64,000 nucleotides of DNA from Nitrosarchaeum sp. (GCA_965223865.1 OZ245020.1:704001-768000); one strand, 5' to 3'. Positions 43,188 through 53,654 are shown, counted from the first letter of the stretch. The notes: a model not told the origin generated them from the letters alone. Translations and numbers: made by a program.

Positions 43188-43218
43188 GATATATTGCAAA
43201 TGCAAGATTTCAATACCA

Positions 43219-43668
43219 TTGAAAACATTTCATCATTCTTTTGTTGTAGGTTCCCCCATTGACAAGGTGTGGAATTTCTATACTGACTTGCATCATTTGC
43301 AGGTAATCACTCCAAAAAGACTAGATCTTCAGATAATAGAGTCAAGCGGTGACAGAATAGCCTTGGGTCAGATTGCCTCATTTTCAAGCAAGCTGCTGAC
43401 TAGAGTGACCTGGAATACCAGGATTACAGCTTGCAAGCCATATACGTATGTAGATGAGATGAGCAATCATGCGTTATTTAAACGCTGGAGGCATACTCAT
43501 GTTTTTCACAAAATAAAAGAAAATCAGACAAGGGTAGATGATGAGGTTAAGTTTGAGTTACGGTATGGGTTTGTTGGTAAGATGTTTGAATGGTATGCCC
43601 GGGACAAGCTCAAGAAAATCTTTGCGCACAGACAGCAGGCAACAATTAGGGCTTTGGACAATGCATGA
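43219..43668 (+). CDS. SRPBCC / polyketide cyclase-like protein
   Basis: VWNFY..LQVITP, W..RIT..P..YVDEM, WRHTH, FAHRQ. Confidence 0.85.
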   Translation: MKTFHHSFVVGSPIDKVWNFYTDLHHLQVITPKRLDLQIIESSGDRIALGQIASFSSKLLTRVTWNTRITACKPYTYVDEMSNHALFKRWRHTHVFHKIKENQTRVDDEVKFELRYGFVGKMFEWYARDKLKKIFAHRQQATIRALDNA

Positions 43669-43692
43669 AACGGCACCATTACTGCATTAAAA

Positions 43693-43750
43693 ATAATTTT
43701 GGAGCTTAAGACCAAAAACCAGCGCTAGTATCTTGGTGACAGCTCCAAAT
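43693..43750 (+). repeat. Remnant of AbrB 3' end and downstream sequence (repeat of 40968-41025)
   Basis: 23-bp identity ATAATTTTGGAGCTTAAGACCAA followed by a similar CTAGTA..TGACAGC.CCAAA. Confidence 0.8.
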
Positions 43751-44066
43751 GGTAGAAGGACGTTATTATTGTAATTTACAAAATTAGAATATAGAGAGAT
43801 GGTAATTTCACTATTCTTTATAGGATCGTTTTGTGTTGTCTTTTGATTAGTGATGATTTATACGTTAATGTTAAATTTCTAAATGTAATATCAGATCATT
43901 GCCAACAACTACTACCACCATCTGGAAATGTTACAGATGTGATCTCCTCTTTGCCAAAGAAAACACTGCCAAAATTCATAACGATGTATTCAAACACCCT
44001 GTCCAAAAGATAGAGACCACGCTGTTTGCCTGACTTTCTTTATTTCTTTTTTTAATGATGTATTTA

Positions 44067-45737
44067 CTATATCCTCTGAACTGTAGTAATTCTCCATGGC
44101 CCTTCATCTAATCTCTGCAAGGTCCACCTTCTTCTAACATTGACATCCAAAAACGTTTTGTATTTCCCATTCTCAGACAACTCATAATGATCTACAAACA
44201 CATCGACCTCATCAATGTCAGGAAATCCAAATTCATCATCTTTTTGTAAAATCCTGCGCACTGTGTTGGTCTTGTCTACACGTACATCATGAACTCTGTC
44301 TGAGATTAATCTTCTTGACTGCTCCCATGCTCCTGGAAAGGAGCCTCTTGGAACATATGATGGGTCAAATGTCACATGATTTTCCCAGTATAGGCGTGCC
44401 CTCCACGTTGCAAATAGACTCTTCCATGCCTCCTCATGACCAAGCTTGACTGCTTCAATCATGGCCTCTATTACCTCTCGGGGTGAAGCATCATCTTTGA
44501 CCTTTATTGGAGCAAACTGGTTTACCTTTTCTTGACCTGCAAACTTGATTTCATCATCGTTTTCTGTATTTCGCAGATCAACAAAAAACTCTCCATCGCT
44601 TCCTGCCCTTGCTGCAACAATTTTTGCCATAAGACCCGTAATTGCCTTTCTGTCTTTTGTAATTAGTGCGGGTTCATCGATAATCTCTGCAAGATATTGG
44701 TAGCGCTCTGTTAGTTTGGGGCTTACTTGTGCCTTATATCGGTACATTGCATCATAAAACTTTCTTACATATGCAGAATCGGATAACTGAATAAAGTAAA
44801 ATCCCTCTGTCATGTTTCCAACTACTGCAAATGTCTTGCCTAGATCATTGATAATATTTCTTGTAGTAATCCACGGCAATTCCACTATTTTTCCTGCAAC
44901 AGAGTCTCTATCATCTATATGCACTGTTGGAAACGCTGTAATCGTTTTGTCTTTTAAATCTGCATAAACCTTATTCCATGCAGTTTGTGCTTCTTGTTTT
45001 ACTGTTTCAATTCTCTTTGCACCGATCTCTCGGTATTCCAAGTCAACCTCGTCAATCTCTTTTCCAAGTAGACTGTCGTATACTTTTTGCCAATCTGATA
45101 AAACAACATCTGCAAATGGTCCGGGATATTTCTCTTGCAGATAGTCAATTCTCTCTCTATGTCCTTCATGCTCTTGCAGTTCTTTTTTGTTGTTGATACG
45201 TTTATGATCCCATCCACCATCCAAAATGCTAGACATCTTTTTTGCTAAACTCTCATACCAGCCTGACCATGATACTGAAAAATCATCCCGTGACATGCTT
45301 GGAGGGCCACCAGGACCTAATGCTCGTTTTCTGTCTTCTGTTGCAGAATCATAGTAGAATCTTTGTGCTAACAGCTTTCCCGGAATCCCAAGTATTTCTT
45401 TGACTCCTTCACGAAATACCTTAAGTGTGATGGCATGACCATGCTTTATTTCATCTAGTTTCTGCCAATATGCAGTCTCGCCATACTGGCCTATTGCACT
45501 TCCATGCTTTCCTGATTCCAAAAATGGCTCAAATGAGATGTCATCATATCCTATAATAATGTCTTCAATCTGCAAATCACTGTTACGAAAATCACTATCC
45601 CAGTCAATCCAGGTGACCCTGAATCCCTTTTGCACAAAAGAGTCAGTTACTGCATCAGTCTTTATCCATGCCTTGACGTCAGTCTCATCAAGTATCTTTG
45701 TAAACTCTGCAATACCCATGTTATCATTGCTGCTCAT
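44067..45737 (-). CDS. Uncharacterised protein with N-terminal PDZ-like domain
   Basis: GFRVTWIDWDS..DLQIEDIIIGYD..ITLKVFR; ATG 45737 overlaps the upstream stop (ATGA). Confidence 0.75.
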   Translation of the reverse strand: MSSNDNMGIAEFTKILDETDVKAWIKTDAVTDSFVQKGFRVTWIDWDSDFRNSDLQIEDIIIGYDDISFEPFLESGKHGSAIGQYGETAYWQKLDEIKHGHAITLKVFREGVKEILGIPGKLLAQRFYYDSATEDRKRALGPGGPPSMSRDDFSVSWSGWYESLAKKMSSILDGGWDHKRINNKKELQEHEGHRERIDYLQEKYPGPFADVVLSDWQKVYDSLLGKEIDEVDLEYREIGAKRIETVKQEAQTAWNKVYADLKDKTITAFPTVHIDDRDSVAGKIVELPWITTRNIINDLGKTFAVVGNMTEGFYFIQLSDSAYVRKFYDAMYRYKAQVSPKLTERYQYLAEIIDEPALITKDRKAITGLMAKIVAARAGSDGEFFVDLRNTENDDEIKFAGQEKVNQFAPIKVKDDASPREVIEAMIEAVKLGHEEAWKSLFATWRARLYWENHVTFDPSYVPRGSFPGAWEQSRRLISDRVHDVRVDKTNTVRRILQKDDEFGFPDIDEVDVFVDHYELSENGKYKTFLDVNVRRRWTLQRLDEGPWRITTVQRI

Positions 45738-47074
45738 TGTAATCCGCCTTTTGAGCTTGAAACCTTGCTTTCCAATTGTTTTCTGTTTGTAGTAAAGATC
45801 TGTTTTGTTCTGTCCCATGTTGATCCTTCTGCAACACGTCGTAGCCCTCGCCCTAGTTTTTCAAGCTCGACTCTCCAGAAATCCTCAATCTCCTTTTTTT
45901 GTTTCTCTGTCAATCCGTTGATATCCACATGCCAAGCTCTGACAGTGTCATTGTGAATGTCCTTTAATTTTTGTTGTATGTTAAAACCATTTATGTCCCT
46001 CCATGCGTATTCCATACTTCTTCTTTCTAAAAGATCCTCGATCTGTTTGTCTCCTACAGGACCCACAAAAATTCCTCGATTGTCAGAAATAAATTCCTCG
46101 TACTGCGTCTTAAATTCATCAAACAGATTTTTGACCAGAGGAATTGCTTTTTCTACAAATTTTACTGCATCCTCAATCTGTCCTTTTGTCTTGCATTGTT
46201 TGGCTATGTCTATGCTGTTTTTACAGGTCTCTTCAAACTCCTCACTTGCAGTATCGAGATTTGTTTTGTTTAAAAATTCACGTACTCCATTTCTTGTTTG
46301 ATCAAACAAGATAACTACCGTTTCTTCACTTTTGTATGCATTCATGTATACTCTAACCAAATCATCAATACTTTTTTGCAATTGCTGTGCCTTCATTAAC
46401 ATCACTTGTACTGCAGTCAGTGCAGCATTTACTTCCAAAGGAATACCTGGAGTCCTCTTTGCGGCACCCACTGCTTTAAGCAGTGCAGTTTCTCCTGCCC
46501 TTTCCTGAGTTACCAACTCATTAACTATATTTTTAAAAATTTCAAGTACCTTTGCAGAGGTGTCTTTTACTTTTGAGTCCGCTAATTGGTCTGTACTTAG
46601 TAGATTCTTCCATTTTTCTTCAAGACTATTCATTTCTGTATAAAACTTGTATGTGTATACTTGAACTTGACCTTGAAACCACGCAAGTGGAACACTTTTG
46701 AGCTTGGCAAAAAATATCGACTCTAAAGTTGCAATGCCTTCGGAAAACAATCGTAATGCAGGAGTCTTGTCATCATCTGGTACGAATCCTAGAATCATCT
46801 TGTGTGCTTCTTGTCCCATCTTTTCAAAGTGGTCATCCCACTTGTCTTTCTGAGCAGCACCAGTAATTGATGTGGACTCGTTTTTTAGTATTGGAAGCGC
46901 GCTGTTTAAGGCTTTGTCACGCCAATCCATGTATTTTTTCATTGAATCTGTAAATGTTGTGTATCTAGTTAGAATTGGAAGAATCTCCACTTCGTCTTTA
47001 GAGCCTATCTCCAGTTGTTCAGTTGTTTTTATCTTGTCCTCCAGCTCATCCCATCTTGCAGCATACTCTGCCAT
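45734..47074 (-). CDS. Uncharacterised all-alpha helical protein
   Basis: 446-aa intact ORF; amphipathic helices with one central apolar segment. Confidence 0.8.
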   Translation of the reverse strand: MAEYAARWDELEDKIKTTEQLEIGSKDEVEILPILTRYTTFTDSMKKYMDWRDKALNSALPILKNESTSITGAAQKDKWDDHFEKMGQEAHKMILGFVPDDDKTPALRLFSEGIATLESIFFAKLKSVPLAWFQGQVQVYTYKFYTEMNSLEEKWKNLLSTDQLADSKVKDTSAKVLEIFKNIVNELVTQERAGETALLKAVGAAKRTPGIPLEVNAALTAVQVMLMKAQQLQKSIDDLVRVYMNAYKSEETVVILFDQTRNGVREFLNKTNLDTASEEFEETCKNSIDIAKQCKTKGQIEDAVKFVEKAIPLVKNLFDEFKTQYEEFISDNRGIFVGPVGDKQIEDLLERRSMEYAWRDINGFNIQQKLKDIHNDTVRAWHVDINGLTEKQKKEIEDFWRVELEKLGRGLRRVAEGSTWDRTKQIFTTNRKQLESKVSSSKGGLQ

Positions 47075-47232
47075 AAATTCTCATACTATCAAGAATTACC
47101 TAATTAATAAAAAGTTCACATCAGCAAAATGTGATTTCTGATTTATGGATTCAGATTCATTTAGCATTATTTGATTTTTGAAAATACATGTCTTCCAATA
47201 TCTCCTTTTAAACAAATTATAGTTATCTTTTT

Positions 47233-47724
47233 GTGAAAAAGATCAAGATCTATCTTCCATTGTTTGTAATTATTGTAACTACAATTGGACTGATATTTGA
47301 TGTGATAATCCCAAATGTGTATGCTTTGACTCTGCCATCATACAACGAACAGGTATCATCTAAAAAAGACAATTTGTGGCATCTTGGAAAGAATCTGTCC
47401 ATTGGTGATTCTTACACATACAAGATTTGTGACCCCTCTGCAATCCTAAACTATTCGGCAGAAAGCTATCATTACTTTACAAAAGATCTGGAACACAATT
47501 CCAGCCTGTGTTATATCATAAAACTGGACTTTGTCAACCTGTTAAATTCAGATGAAAACCAGATTAACAGTGACATTTGGGTGGTTCAGGCATCAATAAG
47601 TGACATTTTAGGCAAGAATAACTCCATAAGACGTAGTCTCTATTATCTTAAGATCAAGCCTTTTTGGGGTGATTACCTCCAAATGGTGCAAATCAGTATA
47701 GAAATCCCATACCTTGTCAATTAG
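47233..47724 (+). pseudogene. Backbone gene B, second truncated copy
   Basis: Near-identical to the 41442 ORF, including the upstream promoter, until IRRS (about 47637); unrelated afterwards. Confidence 0.65.
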
Positions 47725-47878
47725 AGCATCCACAACGAAAGAATGGTTAAAGGTTCTCAACTATGTTGAATTCTGACACTTGTAATATATCCAATAAAGT
47801 GAATCTGGAAATTTTTTATCACCCTATCTTGTTCTAAATTATTTTCTTGAAGTATAGGGCAGTAATATGATGATAAGA

Positions 47879-50441
47879 TCATCGGTTTTTCTCTATGTAT
47901 TTTCTATAAGCAACAAATCCAACTAGCATGATCAAAGACAGTCCCAACAACACTGCAATCCATTGCGCAAAGACTCCTTCAAACAACAGGCTTTCGGCTT
48001 TTCTGTTTGGTGGATTGATTATGTGCTCATCAATTTTAGGCAATGTGGTTTTTGCAGTGCCATCCCAAATGTTTTGAGCTGAAATTGTCAACTCATCTGC
48101 AAGATATTCTTGTGGCACTGGAATTACACATGTATTATTTGATTTTGTTTTGAAGCATTCTGGTAGGTCACCACTGTCAGTTGTAATGTCATTGATCTGC
48201 AGTGATTTGATTTCTCCAAAGTTTGGATCATAATCATACAACAACACTTTTGGGTTTGCAGGATCTCTTTTCATGTCAAGTGTGTTGTTCTCATCCATGT
48301 TTACCAGGTACTTGTATGGTATGGAAAATTCATGCCATGTGTTATCAAACACATTGGTAACCTCTTTTGTTCCATCATCTGCAGATATGCTGATAAAAAA
48401 ATGGAGACAACGCATGCAGTCCTGTAGTTAACGGTATTGGCAACCTTGCATTTTCAGAATCTAACAAATATTTCTCAGAGATTTCAGTCACGTCATCATC
48501 AGAGAATGACTGTGGCAATATGACATCGTATTGCGTAAACAATGATGCTGTCCTTCTAGTCTTTTCCAGAGTGACACTGCCAAACCCAAAAACATGGTTC
48601 TCATCCATAGAGTAGACATCATCGCCATTTACTATAGTAATTGAATTGCCATCCTTGTCAAGTCCAGTTATGATTTGCGAAAATCCGTCATCCTCACTAT
48701 CAAAGAATATCTTGTCATACATGTATTCATCCAGATATTCGATGTCTGGAATGTCGAATCTAGGCTCAATCTCAAGCAGAATCTCTACAGAGTTGTCCTG
48801 GTTTCCTTCTGAATCCAGTGCAGTTACAGTTACCGGATTGTAAAAGAAGCTTTCAGGATACATGTATTCAGTAAATGTCAGATGTGTAACATCATGTCCT
48901 GCAAAATAGCTTGACTGCAACGTGTCAAACACTGTTGCATTCTCAAACCGTGGAATCTTTTTTGATTCATCATATACTGTATTTAGGATTCCTGGATAGT
49001 CAAAGAATATTTTTCCGTATCCGGACTTTACAAAGTTTGCAGTGGTGTGCCTTTCTACCTCAAATGGAATCATTCCTGCAAACTCTGTTGCTATTAGTTT
49101 GCCTGAAATATCCTCAGACATCTTGACAGGCAACTCGTTGTTTACAATACTGACATCATGTGCCTCATCCCAGATCAGATCAATTTCATCAGAATAGTCA
49201 GTATCAGCAACTGTGCCATCCAGTAATTGATACTCCCATGGGTCCGCACCCCATGTGGAATAAAAATAATTATTTATCTTGCTTCTCCTGTCTTCATGAA
49301 CTCCAATAACGTCATCTGGATTTGCATCTGTGCTTTCAGAACCAAAGTAATGCAGTGCAATTCCCATTCTGTCATCAAATGCAAGTCTTTGGTCATCTGA
49401 TAACACGGGATAGACATACGCATCATAGATTGGCTCGTACTCCACCACCAAAGCCGAAGTTGAATTGTTGTTCTCATCGATTTGTGGTGAAATGTTGTAC
49501 AGTTTTGTGTTGTATGATATGGTGTGGTTTCCAATCAAATCTAATGACGTTGCATTGTATACTGTGTTTCCACCACCATAGTCAAATGATTCGGTCCATG
49601 GCTGGAATCCGGAAATGATCATTGTGTTTGTACAGCTTGCCGCATTGCAAAAAAACTCATCTTCCAATGTTAATGGTGAATAGTCCTTGTCAATCTCGGC
49701 AAATATTGTACCGACTCGGTCATTTTTCCACTTGTATATTGGATTGTGAACGACATTGATTGCATCCCACACATAGTATGACTTGTCAAGATTTCTGGAC
49801 ATGTATCCGTCATCTTCTGTAAATTCGTATCCGTCTTTTTCCATGGTGACCTCAAGATATGGCAAGATCACAGGAGGAGCATAGCTGGCAGATGCACTGA
49901 CAGTTGGCCATCCGCAATGCCATGTGCTGCCTGACTTGTGACATACGTATTGTTCAGCAGAAGCCCTCTTTGACACTGATACTGATTCAGACTCTCCAAT
50001 TGTTGGGGATACGGTTGCAGTGCCAGAATCTGATGAAGAACCATATGTGCCTCCTACAGGATCATCTTCTGAATCGTGTCCATGTATTACACAGTCAGGA
50101 CCATGTGAGATGCCAGTCAGGTTTGGAGTTGCCTGTACAGGACAAGGCTGAAAGTGTCTGCACCCCTCAGTCCACGTGTTTATCTCATAGTCAAATGCAT
50201 CACCAGGATAGAATGTCTTGTCGAGATTGTTCCTGTGAAATGGTCCATGATGTGTAGATGTAATTGTAATCTCTACATGGACATAGCATCTTTCCTTGTA
50301 TAGCGTATCAGTTGATACGGCATCATTGCCAGAAACAGAATGGGTTGTAAACAACACTACAGAGTAGGCAAGAACATGATTGTACAATATAGTTGTGTTT
50401 CCAAGAACAAGTATAGCTACAAGAAAAATTCCTAATCTCAC
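47879..50441 (-). pseudogene. Paralogue of the large surface protein, split by a T7 homopolymer frameshift
   Basis: The 688-aa and 178-aa ORFs together align end to end with 37642-40197; A7 run on + strand at 48395-48401. Confidence 0.8.
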
Positions 50442-50494
50442 AAGATACAGTCATTGTTTTTTTAAAACCAAAAATATTCAGATGTCTTTGTAAT

Positions 50495-51379
50495 TTACTT
50501 GAGATATTTTTTGTGGGTCTTGAGATATCTCTTCATAAACCATTGCAAAAACGGCAGCTCATCATTTTTGGTCTGTGATCGTTCCAGTGCAGTATAGTAT
50601 GAACGCCTGTCACTATAATCAATGTCTAACAACGGATAGCCAAACTTGTTTAGAACATGATTCATCATCAGTCTTGTGGTTCTGCCATTTCCATCCCCAA
50701 ACGGATGTATCGTGACAAATTTCAGGTGAACCATGGATGCCAGCTCCGCAGGATTTAGTTTCATCTTGTTTGCATTGTACCATCTAAAGAACCCGCTCAT
50801 CAAAAGATTGACAGCAGTGTGTGGCGGTGGAACAAACTTGCTTTGACTGATACGTACGTCATAGTTTCTGATGATTCCAGCAATGTCTGGTTTTGTCTGC
50901 AGGAATAATCTCTTGTGCCATCTTTTTACCAGTGCAAGTGATAGGTCATTGTCTTGTTTCATTATCTCCAAGAACAGTCTTTGATGTATCTCTGCTTCTT
51001 TGATGTCACTGCTTGGCCTGTTTGAAGGAGTCAGTCCATCCTCTAACAAGAGTGCAGTATCATTTAGCGTAAGAGTAGAGCCCTCAATTCTCTGCGTATT
51101 GTACGTAAATCTTACAGAAAATGACTTTAGGTTTTTTTCCTGGATTGACTTTGGGATTCTTTTCTGTTCGCGTATGAAATTTTTGTGGATCTTTTCTAGC
51201 TTTGGAAGCCAGTCCTGTCTTTCTATCTGTATTGCAAATTTCTTTTTTCTCTCTTCAATGTCTTGGGGTATTTTTTTTCCAAGATATGCCTCGTGCTGTC
51301 TTCGTCTTCCTTTTTTAGAGTCATGGTAAAGATAATAGTAATCTTGGTTTCCTTTTTTTCTCTTTACCACATTGACCAT
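50495..51379 (-). CDS. Fic family protein
   Basis: HPFGDGNGRTTR catalytic motif and TQRIEG inhibitory-helix motif. Confidence 0.93.
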   Translation of the reverse strand: MVNVVKRKKGNQDYYYLYHDSKKGRRRQHEAYLGKKIPQDIEERKKKFAIQIERQDWLPKLEKIHKNFIREQKRIPKSIQEKNLKSFSVRFTYNTQRIEGSTLTLNDTALLLEDGLTPSNRPSSDIKEAEIHQRLFLEIMKQDNDLSLALVKRWHKRLFLQTKPDIAGIIRNYDVRISQSKFVPPPHTAVNLLMSGFFRWYNANKMKLNPAELASMVHLKFVTIHPFGDGNGRTTRLMMNHVLNKFGYPLLDIDYSDRRSYYTALERSQTKNDELPFLQWFMKRYLKTHKKYLK

Positions 51380-51586
51380 AATTTGTCTTACCCAGGAAAT
51401 TATTTAAGATTTATTGATTTTGGTAAATTTTCCTGGGGAAATCATTCCTAAAATCAAAAACATCAAAACAGAGAAGAAAATATTGTCTCACACTTTCCAG
51501 TCTTCTTCTAAGGTATATTGGAAGGTAATAAAACAATTTATGGTATACAAACCCAACAAACACCAAAATCTCAAGTACCAGTGTAT

Positions 51587-51817
51587 TCATGTCTCTTCCT
51601 CAAGGGAATCATCATCTGTGTCGCCTCTGCCATCGTATTGTTGACTATGGTAATGTGCGGCAACAAATTCAGGGTTGTATCTCTGACTGGTTTTGGTGGA
51701 TCTTAGCACAGGTATTGTGACCCACATGTATTGGTCATCATATACAATACTGTCAAGAAAGATGTCATCATGAAACGGCAAAAACAGATGACAACATATG
51801 GGACACTTTATCTTCAC
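51587..51817 (-). CDS. MKIKC-family Cys microprotein
   Basis: MKIKCPICCHLF...; paralogues at 36.3-36.6 kb. Confidence 0.55.
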   Translation of the reverse strand: MKIKCPICCHLFLPFHDDIFLDSIVYDDQYMWVTIPVLRSTKTSQRYNPEFVAAHYHSQQYDGRGDTDDDSLEEET

Positions 51818-51851
51818 AAAGTTATACTATCCAAAATAATTTAACCAGTAT

Positions 51852-51935
51852 TCAACGGTCTGCTTCACATTCAATGTCAGACTCTAATTTCTCCAGTCCT
51901 TCCCACCACATGGGAATAGATTCAGATGCCATCAT
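51852..51935 (-). CDS. 27-aa WWEG microprotein (copy 1)
   Basis: MMASESIPMWWEGLEKLESDIECEADR; conserved in copy 2. Confidence 0.55.
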   Translation of the reverse strand: MMASESIPMWWEGLEKLESDIECEADR

Positions 51936-51999
51936 AAGGTAGCGAGGATCTTTGCTTATAGCTCTTACTGAGAAATCAGAATTATTTTATTTCAATCAA

Positions 52000-52224
52000 T
52001 TATGACGTAACCAAAGTTAGAGTACTTAGGATTCCAGGTCTGTTTCGTATCTTGTTTGCCATTATGTTTTTGATTTTTTGAATTGACTCTGCTTCTATCT
52101 TTATTACTGCATTGTATGCCCCAAATGTCTTTTCCATTTCACTGACTTCATTAATTGATCTGATATCATCAAGTACCTCTTCTTTTCCATCATCACATTT
52201 TACTAGTATATGTGCCATTTGCAT
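52000..52224 (-). CDS. Lrp/AsnC ligand-binding domain protein
   Basis: AHILVKC...TFGAYNAVIKIE...STLTL. Confidence 0.85.
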   Translation of the reverse strand: MQMAHILVKCDDGKEEVLDDIRSINEVSEMEKTFGAYNAVIKIEAESIQKIKNIMANKIRNRPGILSTLTLVTS

Positions 52225-52293
52225 TGTTTAACAGAGATGCTTTAGGATTCTACATTAAAACCGGTGTTGAGAAATTATTCGCAAAGGATATTA

Positions 52294-52383
52294 TCATCTA
52301 TCTTTATGACAGTCACAAGAACATCCAACTCCTGATGCATGCTCAATCATACAGCTAGGGCATGATGCAGATGATTCATTCAA
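52294..52383 (-). CDS. 29-aa Cys/His metallothionein-like microprotein (copy 1, TTG start)
   Basis: LNESSASCPSCMIEHASGVGCSCDCHKDR; mostly synonymous differences from copy 2. Confidence 0.7.
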   Translation of the reverse strand: MNESSASCPSCMIEHASGVGCSCDCHKDR

Positions 52384-52655
52384 TTTGTGGTTTTTTCAAA
52401 AGTTATGGTTTATAGATCTTGTGCATGAATCATACTATGGTATGAAAAATTTTTGATCTGAAAAGTCAACTACATTGCAAAATTACAGTTAAGTCATGAT
52501 TACCAAAAAAGACGCATTGCTTAGTCCAATAGGTTTTGGGATAGTCTAATTTGCCGCACTGCTCAGTCTTCTTGCATACCTCAAAGATACTTTGGGAATA
52601 TGAAATTTCAAGGCTAAAAGAAGTAATAAAAACAAAAGAGATGTAATGAGTCATC

Positions 52656-52832
52656 ATGGTTGGATGCAAGGCTATATGCTACAAGTACAAGGCTACGCCA
52701 AGAGGCATGGGCCCTCTCAGATACTCTATAGGCCAAAAAAGATGCCAGATGTGCGAGATATTTCTTGATTGGGAAGGCCTGTATTGCCCATGCTGCGGAT
52801 TCAAGCTCAGAACTCAAACCACGAGCCTCTGA
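52656..52832 (+). CDS. CPCC Zn-finger protein whose 3' end is joined to a multicopper oxidase remnant
   Basis: MVGCKAICYKYKA...RYSIGQKRCQMCEIFLDWEGLYCPCCGFKLRT. Confidence 0.7.
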   Translation: MVGCKAICYKYKATPRGMGPLRYSIGQKRCQMCEIFLDWEGLYCPCCGFKLRTQTTSL

Positions 52833-53654
52833 ATGGCAACATCTAGGAACATTAGGACCAATTATTCATGCAGAAGTATGTGACACTATCAAAGTCGTTT
52901 TCAAGAATAATTCAGAAAAACTAGACTATTCTGTTCATCCTCATGGTGTCTTCTATGAGAAAGACTCTGAAGGAGCAGAATATATGATGGAACGTCTACA
53001 AATGACAAAGCTGATGGAATAGTTCCACCAGGACAAACACATACCTACATCTGGACTGTTCCTGAACGTGCTGGACCTGGACCAAATAATCCTAGCTCAA
53101 TAATCTGGATGTATCACTCCCATGTTGACACTCCTATGGATACCAATTCAGGACTTGTCGGCCCAATTGTTGTGACTGCTAAAGGAATGGCAGATGCCGA
53201 CGGCAGACCTGTTGATGTAGACCGAGAAATGGTAAGTCTGTTTACAGTGTCTGATGAAAATTCTAGTCATTATCTATGTGACAATCTAGAAAAATTCACA
53301 GATGAGACCTGTGACAACAAGGAATTGATAGGAGACGACGATTTTGCTGAAAGCAATCTCATGCACGGCATTAATGGATATGTATATGGTAACTTGCCAG
53401 GACAAACTGTTCAAAAAGGCGAACATGTACGTTGGTATCTAATAGGAATGGGAACAGAAGTTGATTTGCACACACCGCATTGGCACGGAAATACCGTCCT
53501 GTGGAATGGAATGAGAGTTGATGTAATGGAGTTGATGCCAGCAAGTCTAAAGACAGTTGACTTTGTTCCAGACAATGTGGGAACATGGATGTTTCATTGC
53601 CATGTCAATGATCATATTTCAGCAGGAATGATGTCACTATTCAAAGTGATCTAA
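52816..53654 (+). pseudogene. Two-domain multicopper oxidase, 5' truncated and frameshifted at about 52984
   Basis: HLGTLGP, HPHG, WMYHSH, HTPHWHG and FHCHVNDHISAGM copper motifs. Confidence 0.85.

Larger units (their letters stand above)
23143..51400. mobile_element. Decayed integrative (ICE-like) genomic island at tRNA-Thr; right end not defined
   Basis: Integrase remnant abuts the tRNA; VirD4/HerA ATPase, prepilin peptidase, ParB-like, AbrB, Fic, duplicated genes and many pseudogenes follow. No attR repeat seen. Confidence 0.7.
51852..52425 (-). repeat. Duplicated three-gene micro-cassette, inverted copy of about 62665-63246
   Basis: Promoter, both microORFs, Lrp gene and intergenic spacers align by eye. 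Confidence 0.85.

Noticed and set aside
43760-44040. Possible small ORFs or gene remnant downstream of the PDZ operon
   Set aside because: No motif or paralogue support on either strand
45738-45818. 28-codon N-terminal extension of the 583-aa ORF
   Set aside because: Overlaps the upstream gene; the ATGA-coupled start at 45737 is more plausible
37642-50441. Paralogous surface genes as a diversity-generating retroelement TR/VR pair
   Set aside because: No reverse transcriptase in the window; differences span the whole gene and are not adenine-specific
23143-51400. Island as a provirus or casposon
   Set aside because: No recognisable capsid, terminase, portal, PolB or Cas1 gene
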